Shown: positions 47,973 to 57,896, numbered from the stretch's first letter. The stretch is DNA of 64,000 bases from Patescibacteria group bacterium (GCA_043817315.1 JBDRGY010000004.1:64797-128796); one strand, 5' to 3'. Translations and numbers: made by a program. The notes: a model not told the origin generated them from the sequence alone.

Positions 47973-49046
47973 ATGAAAAAGACTAAAAATTCCGGAAAAA
48001 GAGTACTAGCTATAGGCAATGAAGCAGTAGTCAGGGCCGCTTTAGCAGCGGGGGCCACTGCTTTTTTCGGTTATCCTATTACACCGGCCACGGAAATTAT
48101 TGCTTTGTGGCCCAAGTACCAGCCTAAATTTAAAACCAAGTTTTTACAAACCGAAGACGAACCTTCAGCCGGTTTCACCTTGATCGGGGCGGTATTGGCC
48201 GGGGCCAAAGCCTTTACGGCCACAGCCGGACCAGGCACAGTCTTGATGCAAGATGCCTTTTCCATGGCTGAAGCCATGAGGATTCCGACTGTTGCTGTCA
48301 TCGTACAGCGAGGCGGTCCCTCAACCGGTACAGTGATCTACAGTCAACAGGAAGTGCTGCTGACCTGCTTCGGAGGGAATGGTGAGGGCTTTCGGGTAGT
48401 TTATTCTCCTTCCAATTTACAGGAGCTCTACGATTTGACCATTCAAGCCTTTAATACAGCTTGGCAATACCGTTTTCCCACTTTTGTACTCACTGACGGT
48501 TATCTGGGCAAAATGAGAGGCTTAGTGGAATTTTACGATCCCAAAAAGAAAAGAATGAAATTAGTGCCACCGGAACCGATCCTGCTCAACCCCAAGAAGA
48601 AAAAGGGTACCTATGTTAACATGGCTAATTGTGTCAATCTGGAAGAAGATATTTTTCAGATTAATGAAAAGATCAGAAAAGATTTTCAGAAATACCGCCC
48701 CCAAATCGAGCAGTACCAAGAATACAAAACTAAAGATGCTGAGATATTAATAATTGCTCACAGTATTGTGGGAGCGGCCGCTCAGTCAGCCATCGACACC
48801 TTGAGACAGCAGGGGATTAAAGTTGGTTTATTCCGACCGATTACTCTGCAGCCTTTCCCGGCCAAGGCGGCCCTGCAATTGGCCAAGTCAGTTAAAAAGA
48901 TTGTGATACCGGAATCCTCAGTTGGCCAGTTTATCAAAATTGTAAAAGAAGCTCTATACGGACTGAAAGTACCTATACAACATTACGCACGTCCTGCTCT
49001 GGGGATCACTGCCGAAGAGATTGTGGCTTTGATCAAGAAAAAATGA
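47973..49046 (+). CDS. 2-oxoacid:ferredoxin oxidoreductase alpha subunit
   Basis: 357 aa. The N-terminus reads GNEAVVRAALAAGATAFFGYPITPATEII. Confidence 0.8.
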   Translation: MKKTKNSGKRVLAIGNEAVVRAALAAGATAFFGYPITPATEIIALWPKYQPKFKTKFLQTEDEPSAGFTLIGAVLAGAKAFTATAGPGTVLMQDAFSMAEAMRIPTVAVIVQRGGPSTGTVIYSQQEVLLTCFGGNGEGFRVVYSPSNLQELYDLTIQAFNTAWQYRFPTFVLTDGYLGKMRGLVEFYDPKKKRMKLVPPEPILLNPKKKKGTYVNMANCVNLEEDIFQINEKIRKDFQKYRPQIEQYQEYKTKDAEILIIAHSIVGAAAQSAIDTLRQQGIKVGLFRPITLQPFPAKAALQLAKSVKKIVIPESSVGQFIKIVKEALYGLKVPIQHYARPALGITAEEIVALIKKK

Positions 49047-49609
49047 GCAGAAGAGGATTCACTCTAGTGGAGCTGTTGGTAGTAATTGCTATTATCGGTT
49101 TGCTGGCAACTCTGGCCTTCGTAAGTTTGAACCGGGCCCGGTCTCAGGCTCGGGATACAGTCCGAATGCAAGACCTTAGTGGTATCACTAAGGCCCTGGA
49201 GCTCTATTATTCAGAAAATGAAAGATATCCCAGCAGCGCTGATTGCTTTTGTGATGCAACATGTACCGATATTTGTGTATCCCTTTCAGATGACTGGATT
49301 CCTGATATGCAAAAACATATGCCCCAACTTCCCCTGGATCCTTTATATGGTCAACAGTCAGGAGGCGAATCCCTTCATTATGAATATAGGAGTTTTTATC
49401 CTGAAGCGAACCATTATTGTGAAGTATATGCCAGTGCCAGAGATTGTTTTGAAGATTCTGCTGATCTCGTAGATACTGATGGTATTCATTTGCCATTTTC
49501 CCCCTATCTTTTATGCCTGGTACTGGAAACCGATGTTGAACCAGATAATTATTATCGAATGGTTGGTACCAACTCATATAAATATTGCACCGGGCAATTC
49601 GAGCCCTAA
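49043..49609 (+). CDS. type IV pilin / pseudopilin-like protein 1
   Basis: It has the prepilin motif MSRRG|FTLVELLVVIAIIGLLA with a Glu at +5. The ATG overlaps the korA stop (ATGA). The C-terminus carries Cys pairs and LPLDPL. Confidence 0.75.
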   Translation: MSRRGFTLVELLVVIAIIGLLATLAFVSLNRARSQARDTVRMQDLSGITKALELYYSENERYPSSADCFCDATCTDICVSLSDDWIPDMQKHMPQLPLDPLYGQQSGGESLHYEYRSFYPEANHYCEVYASARDCFEDSADLVDTDGIHLPFSPYLLCLVLETDVEPDNYYRMVGTNSYKYCTGQFEP

Positions 49610-49641
49610 TAATTAAATTACGGTTTCGGTGGTAAGAAATA

Positions 49642-50217
49642 ATGGAACAAAAAAACAAAAAAGGATTTACCCTGATGGAACTGCTGATTATTGTGGGCAT
49701 AATCGGGATTTTGGCCTCGTTGGTTTTTTTTCGTCTCAATGTTGCCAGGGCTAAAGCACGAGATGCCATGCGGCTGACAGATATCGATGCCATTAAGAAA
49801 GCTTTGAGCCTGTACGACGCCGAATATTTCAAGTACCCCAGCAGCGCTAATTGCGACGGTTCCAATATGCATATATGTGAGTCTTCAGTAGAAAATTCTA
49901 CCTGGTTGGCTGATTTGGATCAGTATATGCCCAAACAGCCCCATGACCCCTTGCAGGCCCAAAATCCCCAGGCCTATCGTTACCGCTACCAGAGTTTTTA
50001 CGAGCACCTGCCCATTTATTGTGTAGATTTGCCAGATGATCTTTGTTGGTATCAGGAAACCCCGTATCCTTATTTCAAAAGATTAGACGGTGGTAAAGAG
50101 GAATTGGAACCCAGCCCTTTTATCTTGTGTTTCAAGCTAGAAACCAACATGAGGCCCACCCCCAATGTTTATCAGATTTGGGACAATCATGACCTTTACT
50201 GCACCGGTGAATGGTAA
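49642..50217 (+). CDS. type IV pilin / pseudopilin-like protein 2
   Basis: It has KKG|FTLMELLIIVGIIGILAS and the motifs LPxDPL (as PHDPL) and FILCFKLETN. Confidence 0.75.
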   Translation: MEQKNKKGFTLMELLIIVGIIGILASLVFFRLNVARAKARDAMRLTDIDAIKKALSLYDAEYFKYPSSANCDGSNMHICESSVENSTWLADLDQYMPKQPHDPLQAQNPQAYRYRYQSFYEHLPIYCVDLPDDLCWYQETPYPYFKRLDGGKEELEPSPFILCFKLETNMRPTPNVYQIWDNHDLYCTGEW

Positions 50218-50241
50218 AAAAATGTTACTTTGATATTTAAT

Positions 50242-50736
50242 ATGATAAAAAAACAAAAAGGGTTTACCCTCGTTGAATTACTAGTAGTTATCGGTATTAT
50301 CGGTATCTTGGCTACCCTCGTTTTTGTTAACTTGTCCTCCTCTAGGGCCCAAGCCAGAAATTCCGTCAGGTTAGCTGCTGTTGATGCTATGGTCAAAGCC
50401 CTTGAAGCCTATTATCAGGACTATGAATACTATCCTAGCAGCATGACAGCTGCTTGCCCTGTGACCTTCATATGCAATAGCACTGATGCAAATGTCTGGA
50501 TACCTGGATTGGCCGACTATATCAATAGCCTACCCCACGACCCTCTAGAAGAACGGTTTCTGGGATTTCTCTATATGTACACTACTAATCCCATATATAA
50601 TTTCATAGTTGGTGGGGATTTCCATTACATCTTGTTCTATTATCTGGAAGGTGAGGATCATCGGCAATTCCGGGGGAACTTATTGCAAGTTACAGCAGGT
50701 AATTCGTTTTACTATTATCATGTGCCCCTGGAGTAA
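50242..50736 (+). CDS. type IV pilin / pseudopilin-like protein 3
   Basis: It has MIKKQKG|FTLVELLVVIGIIGILAT and LPHDPLEE. The frame is open from a TTG at 50230. Confidence 0.7.
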   Translation: MIKKQKGFTLVELLVVIGIIGILATLVFVNLSSSRAQARNSVRLAAVDAMVKALEAYYQDYEYYPSSMTAACPVTFICNSTDANVWIPGLADYINSLPHDPLEERFLGFLYMYTTNPIYNFIVGGDFHYILFYYLEGEDHRQFRGNLLQVTAGNSFYYYHVPLE

Positions 50737-50759
50737 AAAAAATTGATTAACGATATTTA

Positions 50760-51248
50760 ATGAGGAAAAAACAAAAAGGATTCACTTTAGTCGAATTATT
50801 AGTAGTAATAGCCATTATCGGGCTTTTGGCCACGCTGGCTTTTGTTAGTCTGAATAGGGCGCGAGCCCAGGCCAGAAATGCCGTCCGGTTAGCTGATATT
50901 GATGTCCTGGTCAAATCCATGGAGGCCTACTATCATGAAAATGAAAAATATCCGCATGAGGATATTGGTGATGATTGCTATAACAGTACTTGTGCCAGTA
51001 CCTCAGGCGACAATTGGCTTCCTGGCTTAGATGAATTTATTAATCGCCTTCCCCATGATCCGCTTGAAGAAACAGGTGGAATGTTTTATATGTATGGGAC
51101 TAACCCTGGTTGGAACTTTTTAACAGGTGAAGACTTCCATTATCTCATATTATATTTTCTGGAGGGAGAAAACCACTCAGAATTTCGAGGAAATTTCTGG
51201 CAAGTTTCAGGAAGCAATTCGGTATATTACTACTATGTGCCACGGTGA
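50760..51248 (+). CDS. type IV pilin / pseudopilin-like protein 4
   Basis: It has MRKKQKG|FTLVELLVVIAIIGLLAT and LPHDPLEE. Confidence 0.75.
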   Translation: MRKKQKGFTLVELLVVIAIIGLLATLAFVSLNRARAQARNAVRLADIDVLVKSMEAYYHENEKYPHEDIGDDCYNSTCASTSGDNWLPGLDEFINRLPHDPLEETGGMFYMYGTNPGWNFLTGEDFHYLILYFLEGENHSEFRGNFWQVSGSNSVYYYYVPR

Positions 51249-51277
51249 TAATCAAAACCCTTTGATATTTATTTTAG

Positions 51278-51799
51278 ATGAAAAGCAAACCTAAAGGTTA
51301 CGTCTTGGTTGAGCTATTGGTAGTAATCACCATTATTGGTATAATATCAACAGTCGCTTTTGTTTCTTTAAACTCAGCCAGAATTCAGGCCAGGGATGCT
51401 ACCCGTCTGCACGATATCGATAATCTGATGAAATCTTTTGAAGTCTACTACGCCGGGGAAGAGGGATATCCCAGTAGTGTGGGGTGTAATTTTAGCGGGA
51501 CCTGTCCGCCAGACTGGAATTGCGCCGATATCTGCGGGTCTAATGGTCAAGACGATTGGTTACCAGACATGAATATCTATCTGGAAAAATTGCCATCTGA
51601 TCTGTTGAATGAAAGAGGATTTCCTTACCACTACTTCTACCTTAATCCTACCCAGGGTTGGCTAGATACCTCCGGTAATCCTATTCCCGATAGTCCCTAT
51701 CTTCTCTGCTTTGTCCTAGAAAAAGAAATGGAACTGGATAATGCCCACCGCCATCAACAATTAGGTAATAATTTATACTGTAAAGGATTATTTCAATAA
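51278..51799 (+). CDS. type IV pilin / pseudopilin-like protein 5
   Basis: It has MKSKPKG|YVLVELLVVITIIGIIST with a Glu at +5, LPSDLLNE, and YLLCFVLEKE. Confidence 0.7.
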   Translation: MKSKPKGYVLVELLVVITIIGIISTVAFVSLNSARIQARDATRLHDIDNLMKSFEVYYAGEEGYPSSVGCNFSGTCPPDWNCADICGSNGQDDWLPDMNIYLEKLPSDLLNERGFPYHYFYLNPTQGWLDTSGNPIPDSPYLLCFVLEKEMELDNAHRHQQLGNNLYCKGLFQ

Positions 51800-51800
51800 A

Positions 51801-52526
51801 ATGATAGAACCCAAGTTTCCTAAATCAGTCAAAGCCGCTTCCAAGCCTCACAATTTTTGTCCGGGCTGCGGCCACCCCATCGTCTTACAGGCGATCGGGG
51901 AGATTATTGATGAATTAGGTCTGCAGGACAAAACAGTAGTCGGTCTGGATATCGGCTGTTCACTGCTAGCCTGGGACTTTTTTGACATTGATTCTACCCA
52001 AACGCATCATGGCCGGACCGGTCCGGTTATCTCAGGGTTCAAGAAAGTGAAACCGGAGAGTATTGGCATTATTTACATGGGAGATGGTGGTGCTTATGCT
52101 ATCGGGGCACAGCATCTGGTCAACGAAGCCATGCGCAATGAACCGGTAACTGTCATCGTGGTCAATAATTCCCTGTATGGAATGACCGGCGGACAGGAAG
52201 CACCCACCTCCATGCCTGATCAGGTAACCACTACAACCCCCTTTGGCGCTGACCAGAATTTTCTCAAAGGTCCGGAGATGGTGGCTGGTTTGACCAACAG
52301 CGAAGCTTATGTGGCCAGGGGCACTATCGATAACCCTATTCAGCTGAAATCTTTCATCAAAAAAGCGATTAAAAATCAGATGAAGGGAAAAGGCTTTTCT
52401 TTTGTGGAAGCGCTTTCGGTTTGTCCCACCAACTGGAAAACCGATGCCAAAGAGACATTTCAGTTTCTCAAAAAGATGAAAGCCACTTTTCCGGTCCAAG
52501 AGTTTAAAATTCCCAAAGGTTTATGA
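51801..52526 (+). CDS. 2-oxoacid:ferredoxin oxidoreductase beta (TPP-binding) subunit
   Basis: It has CPGCGHPIV and a TPP-binding motif (GDGG-type). Confidence 0.8.
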   Translation: MIEPKFPKSVKAASKPHNFCPGCGHPIVLQAIGEIIDELGLQDKTVVGLDIGCSLLAWDFFDIDSTQTHHGRTGPVISGFKKVKPESIGIIYMGDGGAYAIGAQHLVNEAMRNEPVTVIVVNNSLYGMTGGQEAPTSMPDQVTTTTPFGADQNFLKGPEMVAGLTNSEAYVARGTIDNPIQLKSFIKKAIKNQMKGKGFSFVEALSVCPTNWKTDAKETFQFLKKMKATFPVQEFKIPKGL

Positions 52527-53098
52527 ACCAAGATAAATATAAAATCGTAATAGCCGGTGAGGGCGGCCAAGGCGGTCAGACTATAGCCAAGATATTACTG
52601 GAAGCCGCCTACCGCAAGAAAATGGAAGTTTCTTACATTCCTAATTTTGGTGTAGAACAAAGAGGTGGAGTTTCTGTCGCCTTTGTCCTCTTAAGCAAAG
52701 AAGAGCCGATTGTCTATCCCAAATTTGATAAAGGAGATATCGTTGTTATCCTATCGGAACGATCGGTTAAGAGGACGCTGCGCTACGTAGACAAGAAAAC
52801 GACAGTTATCTACAACAGTACCTTTATTAAAAACTCCAAACCGATCAAGAAAGCAGCTAAAACGGTTATCGGCATTGATGCCACTACTATCGCCAAAGAA
52901 CAGCTGTCACCTAGAGTGTTTAATACAATAATATTGGGCAGTATAGCTGCCCAGCTGCAAGTAATCACCTTAAAGCAGATTCAGTCGGCGGTAAAAACCA
53001 CCTTAGGTCATAAATTCAAACAGAAACCCAAGTTGGAACAGCTAAATTTGCAGGCCGTAGAACTGGGATATGATTTAGTTACCAAGAATAAAAAATGA
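52523..53098 (+). CDS. 2-oxoacid:ferredoxin oxidoreductase gamma subunit
   Basis: 191 aa. The N-terminus VIAGEGGQGGQTIAKIL is typical of the POR/KOR gamma subunit. Confidence 0.7.
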   Translation: MNQDKYKIVIAGEGGQGGQTIAKILLEAAYRKKMEVSYIPNFGVEQRGGVSVAFVLLSKEEPIVYPKFDKGDIVVILSERSVKRTLRYVDKKTTVIYNSTFIKNSKPIKKAAKTVIGIDATTIAKEQLSPRVFNTIILGSIAAQLQVITLKQIQSAVKTTLGHKFKQKPKLEQLNLQAVELGYDLVTKNKK

Positions 53099-53361
53099 AA
53101 AACTTTAAGCCAACTTCAGAGGAAAACGACAAAGTCAAACACATAAGATTTTTAGGATTATGTAAGAGCTGCGGTATTTGCATAGAAAAGTGCCCCGCTA
53201 AATGTTTACGTTTCTCCGATGATAAAGTTGGCTATTACGGCTTACCCGCTATTGATGTCGATATTGAAAAATGTACTATTTGCATGACTTGCCAAAGAAG
53301 CTGTCCCGAGCAGGCAATAACGGTAGAACGTAAAGAGGCAAAACAGGTAAAGAAAAAATAA
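53095..53361 (+). CDS. 2-oxoacid:ferredoxin oxidoreductase delta subunit (2x[4Fe-4S] ferredoxin)
   Basis: 88 aa with the clusters CKSCGICIEKCP and CTICMTCQRSCP. Confidence 0.75.
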   Translation: MKNFKPTSEENDKVKHIRFLGLCKSCGICIEKCPAKCLRFSDDKVGYYGLPAIDVDIEKCTICMTCQRSCPEQAITVERKEAKQVKKK

Positions 53362-53379
53362 GCTAATTTAGTTAATGGA

Positions 53380-53404
53380 GACGGGGCCCAACCCGTTTTT
53401 TGAT
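53380..53404 (+). terminator. Rho-independent terminator
   Basis: gacggggcccaacccgtttttt. Confidence 0.55.
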
Positions 53405-53418
53405 TAACCGCAGGAAAG

Positions 53419-55149
53419 ATGATAAAATTTAAAGGTATGAGTAAAATTTGGAAGATAAAACCAAAAATTTCCAAAGAGTCTCAAAATAATTTCCCGGAAA
53501 TTAATCCGGTTGTTTTACAATTGCTTTATAACCGTGGCTTATCAAATCAAGAAGCCATTGACGAATTCTTAAATCCCGACTACAGCCAAGATGTTCATGA
53601 TCCCTTTTTGTTTCAAGATATGCAAAAGGCTGTAGATCGTATTGTCAAAGCCGTCAGCTCGGAAAAGAAAATAGTTGTCCACGGAGACTATGATGCTGAT
53701 GGGGTTTCTGCTTCGGCAGTATTGGTCGAGGTCTTGCGAAAACTGGGCATCAAGCAGGAGAACTTATACATTTATATTCCTCACCGTAACACCGAAGGAT
53801 ATGGATTGTCAGAAGAAACCGTAAATAACTTAGTCAAATCAAAAACAGATTTAATAATTACAGCTGATTGCGGGATCAGCAATGTCAATGAAGTAAATCT
53901 GGCTCAGCAGAAAGGGATTGACGTGATTATTACCGATCATCATACAGTACCGTCCGAGCTGCCGAAATCTTTTGCCATTATCAACCCTAAAGTAAAATCG
54001 GATAAATATCCCTTTGCAGAACTGAGTGGAGTAGGAGTGGCCTTCAAATTGGTTCAAGCTCTACGGCGTCATCAAAAAATCGAAGGAGGATTTGAAAAAT
54101 GGCTGCTGGATTTGGTGGCCCTGGGCACAGTAGCTGATTCAGTTCCTCTTTTGGGGGAGAATCGGACTTTAGTTAAATACGGCTTAATAGTCTTGAACAA
54201 GACCAGGCGGCTAGGATTGCGTCGCCTCTATAGTGTAGCCAGAATTGAACTAGGCGAGATAAATGCCCGTTCCATCAGTTTCCAGATTGCCCCCCGTCTA
54301 AATGCTGCCGGTCGGCTCGAACATGCCAATACTGCTTATCAGCTTCTGATCTCCGAAGAAAAACAAGCCACCGAAGATCTGGCCAATCAGCTGAACAATA
54401 CCAATTTTCAAAGACAGCAGATAACAGATAGTTTAAAGAAAGAAGCCTTTAATCAGATAGGGGACAAGGTGGAAGATCTGGTCATATTTGTTCACGGCCA
54501 GGATCAGAGGTGGCAACCGGGTATTATCGGCTTAATCGCCGGTAGAGTCTCTGACCAGTATTTTCGTCCCGCTTTTGTAATCTGTCAGCAGGACAATCTA
54601 TTTATTGGATCGGGGCGTTCCATTGAGCAGTTGGATATCATGGAAGTATTGGCAGATTGCAGGCAGTATCTTCAAAAGTTTGGCGGGCATGCTCAGGCTT
54701 GTGGTTTTACCCTGGAAGGAGAAGCTAACCTGGAGGGGTTTAAAAAAATGGCTACTGAAATTATCAATCAGAAGCTGCAGGGACAGGATCTGCGTCCCCA
54801 GATAGAAATTGAATCGGCCATCCGTTTATCCGATATTGACTGGGACCTTTTCGAGGAATTAGATAATTTTTCCCCCTTTGGTGAAGGTAATCGTCAACCG
54901 ATATTTCTAACCAAACAAGTTAAGCTAGACCAGATGGAAAAAGTGGGGGCCGACAAGCGACATTTGAGATTGGCCCTGTCTCAGGGTAGCAAAAAGTTCC
55001 ACAAGACTATCGGTTTTGGGATGGGGGACTGGGCTGACAAATTGAAACTGGGTGATACCGTTGACGTTGTTTATACGGTTGATGTAAATGAATGGAACGG
55101 CAATCGAGAGCTTCAACTCAAATTAATAGACATAAAACCGAATGGCTAA
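53419..55149 (+). CDS. recJ: single-stranded-DNA-specific exonuclease RecJ
   Basis: 576 aa. It has the DHH motifs VVHGDYDADGVSASAV and ITDHH, followed by a DHHA1-like C-terminus. Confidence 0.8.
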   Translation: MIKFKGMSKIWKIKPKISKESQNNFPEINPVVLQLLYNRGLSNQEAIDEFLNPDYSQDVHDPFLFQDMQKAVDRIVKAVSSEKKIVVHGDYDADGVSASAVLVEVLRKLGIKQENLYIYIPHRNTEGYGLSEETVNNLVKSKTDLIITADCGISNVNEVNLAQQKGIDVIITDHHTVPSELPKSFAIINPKVKSDKYPFAELSGVGVAFKLVQALRRHQKIEGGFEKWLLDLVALGTVADSVPLLGENRTLVKYGLIVLNKTRRLGLRRLYSVARIELGEINARSISFQIAPRLNAAGRLEHANTAYQLLISEEKQATEDLANQLNNTNFQRQQITDSLKKEAFNQIGDKVEDLVIFVHGQDQRWQPGIIGLIAGRVSDQYFRPAFVICQQDNLFIGSGRSIEQLDIMEVLADCRQYLQKFGGHAQACGFTLEGEANLEGFKKMATEIINQKLQGQDLRPQIEIESAIRLSDIDWDLFEELDNFSPFGEGNRQPIFLTKQVKLDQMEKVGADKRHLRLALSQGSKKFHKTIGFGMGDWADKLKLGDTVDVVYTVDVNEWNGNRELQLKLIDIKPNG

Positions 55150-56632
55150 AAAAATCAGACCCAGTCTAATGTATCTATTTGTTTTTTTGACTGGGGCAGT
55201 CATTATGGCGATTGAGTTAGCTGCTTCGCGGATTTTGGCGCCCTATTTTGGAAGTTCGATTTTTGTGTGGGGCAATATTATCGGAGTTGTTATGATTGCT
55301 CTGTCACTGGGTTACTATATCGGTGGTAAACTGGTCGACCGGCAACCCAGTTTGGCCCTATTAATGTACGGAGTACTGCTGGCTGGGATATTGATTGCCT
55401 TCGTTCCTTATTTGACCAAACCTCTTTCGGAAAACATCTTACCGCAACAGGCTTTTAGTTTCCAAATTTTCCTGATATTAGGTTCCTTTCTGGCCATGTT
55501 CATTCTGTTTGCTATTCCCATTTTTATCCTGGGCATGGTTTCTCCTTTTGTTATTCGCTTATTAATTGACGATGTTAATAAATCAGGACAAGTAGCTGGG
55601 TCGGTTTATGCTTCCTCTACCGTCGGCAGTATTTTGGGCACTTTTCTAGCGGCCTATTGGATAATTCCTTTTGTGGGCAGTCGGGAGACTTTACTGATTT
55701 GTTCTTTTTTGTTGATCATAATTAGCGGTTTCGGCTTGATTAAAAAACCTTGGTTTTTTACCCTACTACTGATTCCTGTATTGATATATTTTCTCAGCTC
55801 ACAAGTGGCACTTTCCCGCGAAGAATACTTAATCTATGAAGAAGAATCCGCCTACAATCTTATCCAGGTAGTCAGAGATGGCCAAAGAATAAATCTGAAA
55901 TTCAATGAAGGATTTGGAATACAAACGATTTATATCCCGGGCCAACCGTTGGTGTCTTCTTATTACGACTATTATTCGATATTACCTTATCTGGTTGAAC
56001 AAAAACAAAAGGAAGTACTGATGATCGGAGTGGGCGGAGGAGCTATTCCTAATATGTATCTGAAACTGCTGGCAGAAGAATTTGATTTCAACATTGATGC
56101 CGTAGAGATTGACCAGGAGGTAATCAGTACCGCCCAAACCTATTTTGAATATCCTACTGACCAGATTAACACTATTATCAGCGACGGTCGGTTTTTCCTC
56201 CGTCAAACTGAAAAGAAATATGATATAATAATTGTTGATGCTTACGCTCAGAGTCTATATATTCCCTGGCATCTTACCACAGCAGAATTTTTCCAGAATA
56301 CCGCTTCCCACCTTAATCCTTCGGGACTACTAGCCATAAATGTCAATTCTGTAGATTACTCTGACAAAATCCTGCAATCAATCAGTCAAACTATCAGAAC
56401 GGTTTTTGAGAAGGTCTATATAGTGCCCATAAAGTTTTCGGCCAACTACATGATCGTGGCCGGCAACCAAACCCTAGATTTTAATAGTGATGGCATCGGC
56501 AACCCTGACATAAAGATGTACATGGAGGATGCCTGGCGCTATAATGAGTTGGTAGAGCAGCAGGGGAGTGGGCTTATCCTTACCGACAATAAAGCTCCAA
56601 TCGAATTTTATACCGAGGCTAGCTTTTTATAA
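55142..56632 (+). CDS. membrane-domain-fused spermidine-synthase-like aminopropyl/methyl-transferase
   Basis: 496 aa. It has about 7 N-terminal TM helices and a C-terminal domain with the SAM/dcSAM-binding layout VLMIGVGGGAIP...DAVEIDQEV...IIVDAY. Confidence 0.6.
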   Translation: MAKKIRPSLMYLFVFLTGAVIMAIELAASRILAPYFGSSIFVWGNIIGVVMIALSLGYYIGGKLVDRQPSLALLMYGVLLAGILIAFVPYLTKPLSENILPQQAFSFQIFLILGSFLAMFILFAIPIFILGMVSPFVIRLLIDDVNKSGQVAGSVYASSTVGSILGTFLAAYWIIPFVGSRETLLICSFLLIIISGFGLIKKPWFFTLLLIPVLIYFLSSQVALSREEYLIYEEESAYNLIQVVRDGQRINLKFNEGFGIQTIYIPGQPLVSSYYDYYSILPYLVEQKQKEVLMIGVGGGAIPNMYLKLLAEEFDFNIDAVEIDQEVISTAQTYFEYPTDQINTIISDGRFFLRQTEKKYDIIIVDAYAQSLYIPWHLTTAEFFQNTASHLNPSGLLAINVNSVDYSDKILQSISQTIRTVFEKVYIVPIKFSANYMIVAGNQTLDFNSDGIGNPDIKMYMEDAWRYNELVEQQGSGLILTDNKAPIEFYTEASFL

Positions 56633-56648
56633 ACTAAATTAAGTAATT

Positions 56649-57083
56649 ATGAAAAACAGCAAAATCAAAATTTTCACTGACGGTGGATCCAGAGGCAACC
56701 CAGGACCTGCAGCTGTTGGAGTGGTATTTAAAGATCTGCAAGATAAAACTATAAATGAATTTTCCGACTTTATCGGGGAGACTACCAATGGTCAGGCAGA
56801 ATATCAGGCCATCATCTTGGGATTAAAGAAAGCTAAAAGCCTAAAGTATAAGATAGTAGAGTTATTTGCGGACAGTCAGTTTATAATAGAGCAACTAAAT
56901 GGTAATTATAAGATAAAAGAGGCGGGAATTGTTCCACTTTTCATTCAAGCCTGGAATTTGCACCTGGATTTTGATGAAATTAAGTTTATTTTCATTCCAC
57001 GGGAACAAAACCAGGAAGCGGATAAACTGGTGAATATTGTACTTAATAGCCGCCAGCGAGTAAAAAAGATACCCGGACTCTAA
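56649..57083 (+). CDS. RNase H (type 1) family protein
   Basis: It has IFTDGGSRGNPGPAAVGVV and TNGQAEYQAIILGL. The catalytic DEDD arrangement looks plausible. Confidence 0.7.
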   Translation: MKNSKIKIFTDGGSRGNPGPAAVGVVFKDLQDKTINEFSDFIGETTNGQAEYQAIILGLKKAKSLKYKIVELFADSQFIIEQLNGNYKIKEAGIVPLFIQAWNLHLDFDEIKFIFIPREQNQEADKLVNIVLNSRQRVKKIPGL

Positions 57084-57116
57084 ACTTTTTCGGAAAATTG
57101 TCCCCATTAAATTTGG

Positions 57117-57148
57117 CTAAAATTAGCGAAAATATCGCTAATTTTAAG
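57117..57148 (+). promoter_or_regulatory. Near-perfect 32-nt palindrome (ctaaaattagcgaaaatatcgctaattttaag)
   Basis: It is an inverted repeat, ttagcga-N6-tcgctaa, with extended arms. It is followed by a T-rich stretch. It could be the rnhA terminator or an operator for the downstream aldolase-like gene. Confidence 0.35.
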
Positions 57149-57245
57149 TTTGTCGTAAATTAGTCCCTATTTGTGAGCAGCATATTAGGGAAAAATGATA
57201 GCCATAGTTAGTTTTAGCAGCAGTTCTTTTACAAAGGGGTCTTCC

Positions 57246-57896
57246 ATGAGTGAGAAGTTTAGGGGAACCAGTTTCTCCGAGTGGACCTACGTGCCGGGAG
57301 AAATCAGCAACGGCTATTACAGTCAACTGGCCGAGCTAGCAGTTTTGGGCCGTTTCTTGATCGGAATATTGCCCATTCCGCCAGGGGATATTGCCAATGC
57401 CGGTAATCTCAGCTTTCGCACTGAAAAGGGCTGTGTGATTACCCGGTCAGGCTGTAGTATCAAGCATCTGGATCCTGAAGATCTGGTAGAGGTGATAGGC
57501 TGGGATGAGCCGGCCTGGAAACCGACTTGCCGCAGCCCAGCACCCAACGAACCGTCTTCTGAGACCGGTGCTCATCTGGCCATCTACAAAGCCAGACCAG
57601 AGGCAAACGTAATCGTCCATCTGCACAGTCAAGAGATGGTAGCTTGGGCTGTGACTATCGGGGCAGCGATGACCCAGCAAGAATTTCCCTATGGCACGCT
57701 GGAGTTTGTCCGCGAGATAATCAGAGTGCTGAAGCAGCACGATATTGTCTGCCTCTGCGGACCAGAACACATCGGTTTCTTTGCCCTAGGGAGAGACTTC
57801 AAGCAGGTCAAACAAGCCATCGAGCAAGCGCTGGCCAAGATAGCGGAGTCTCGTTCTCACCTCGGATCGGTTGCGACACCCCCATGTCGTTCCTAA
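57246..57896 (+). CDS. class II aldolase/adducin-family protein
   Basis: It aligns by eye to FucA/MtnB-type proteins: ANAGNLSFR, PSSETGAHLAIYKARPEANVIVHLHS (compare PSSEW..H...Y..RPDANAVVHNHA), and GPEHIGFFALG. The frame is open from 57195. Nearly all third-codon positions in this gene are G or C, so it is GC-rich. Confidence 0.7.
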   Translation: MSEKFRGTSFSEWTYVPGEISNGYYSQLAELAVLGRFLIGILPIPPGDIANAGNLSFRTEKGCVITRSGCSIKHLDPEDLVEVIGWDEPAWKPTCRSPAPNEPSSETGAHLAIYKARPEANVIVHLHSQEMVAWAVTIGAAMTQQEFPYGTLEFVREIIRVLKQHDIVCLCGPEHIGFFALGRDFKQVKQAIEQALAKIAESRSHLGSVATPPCRS

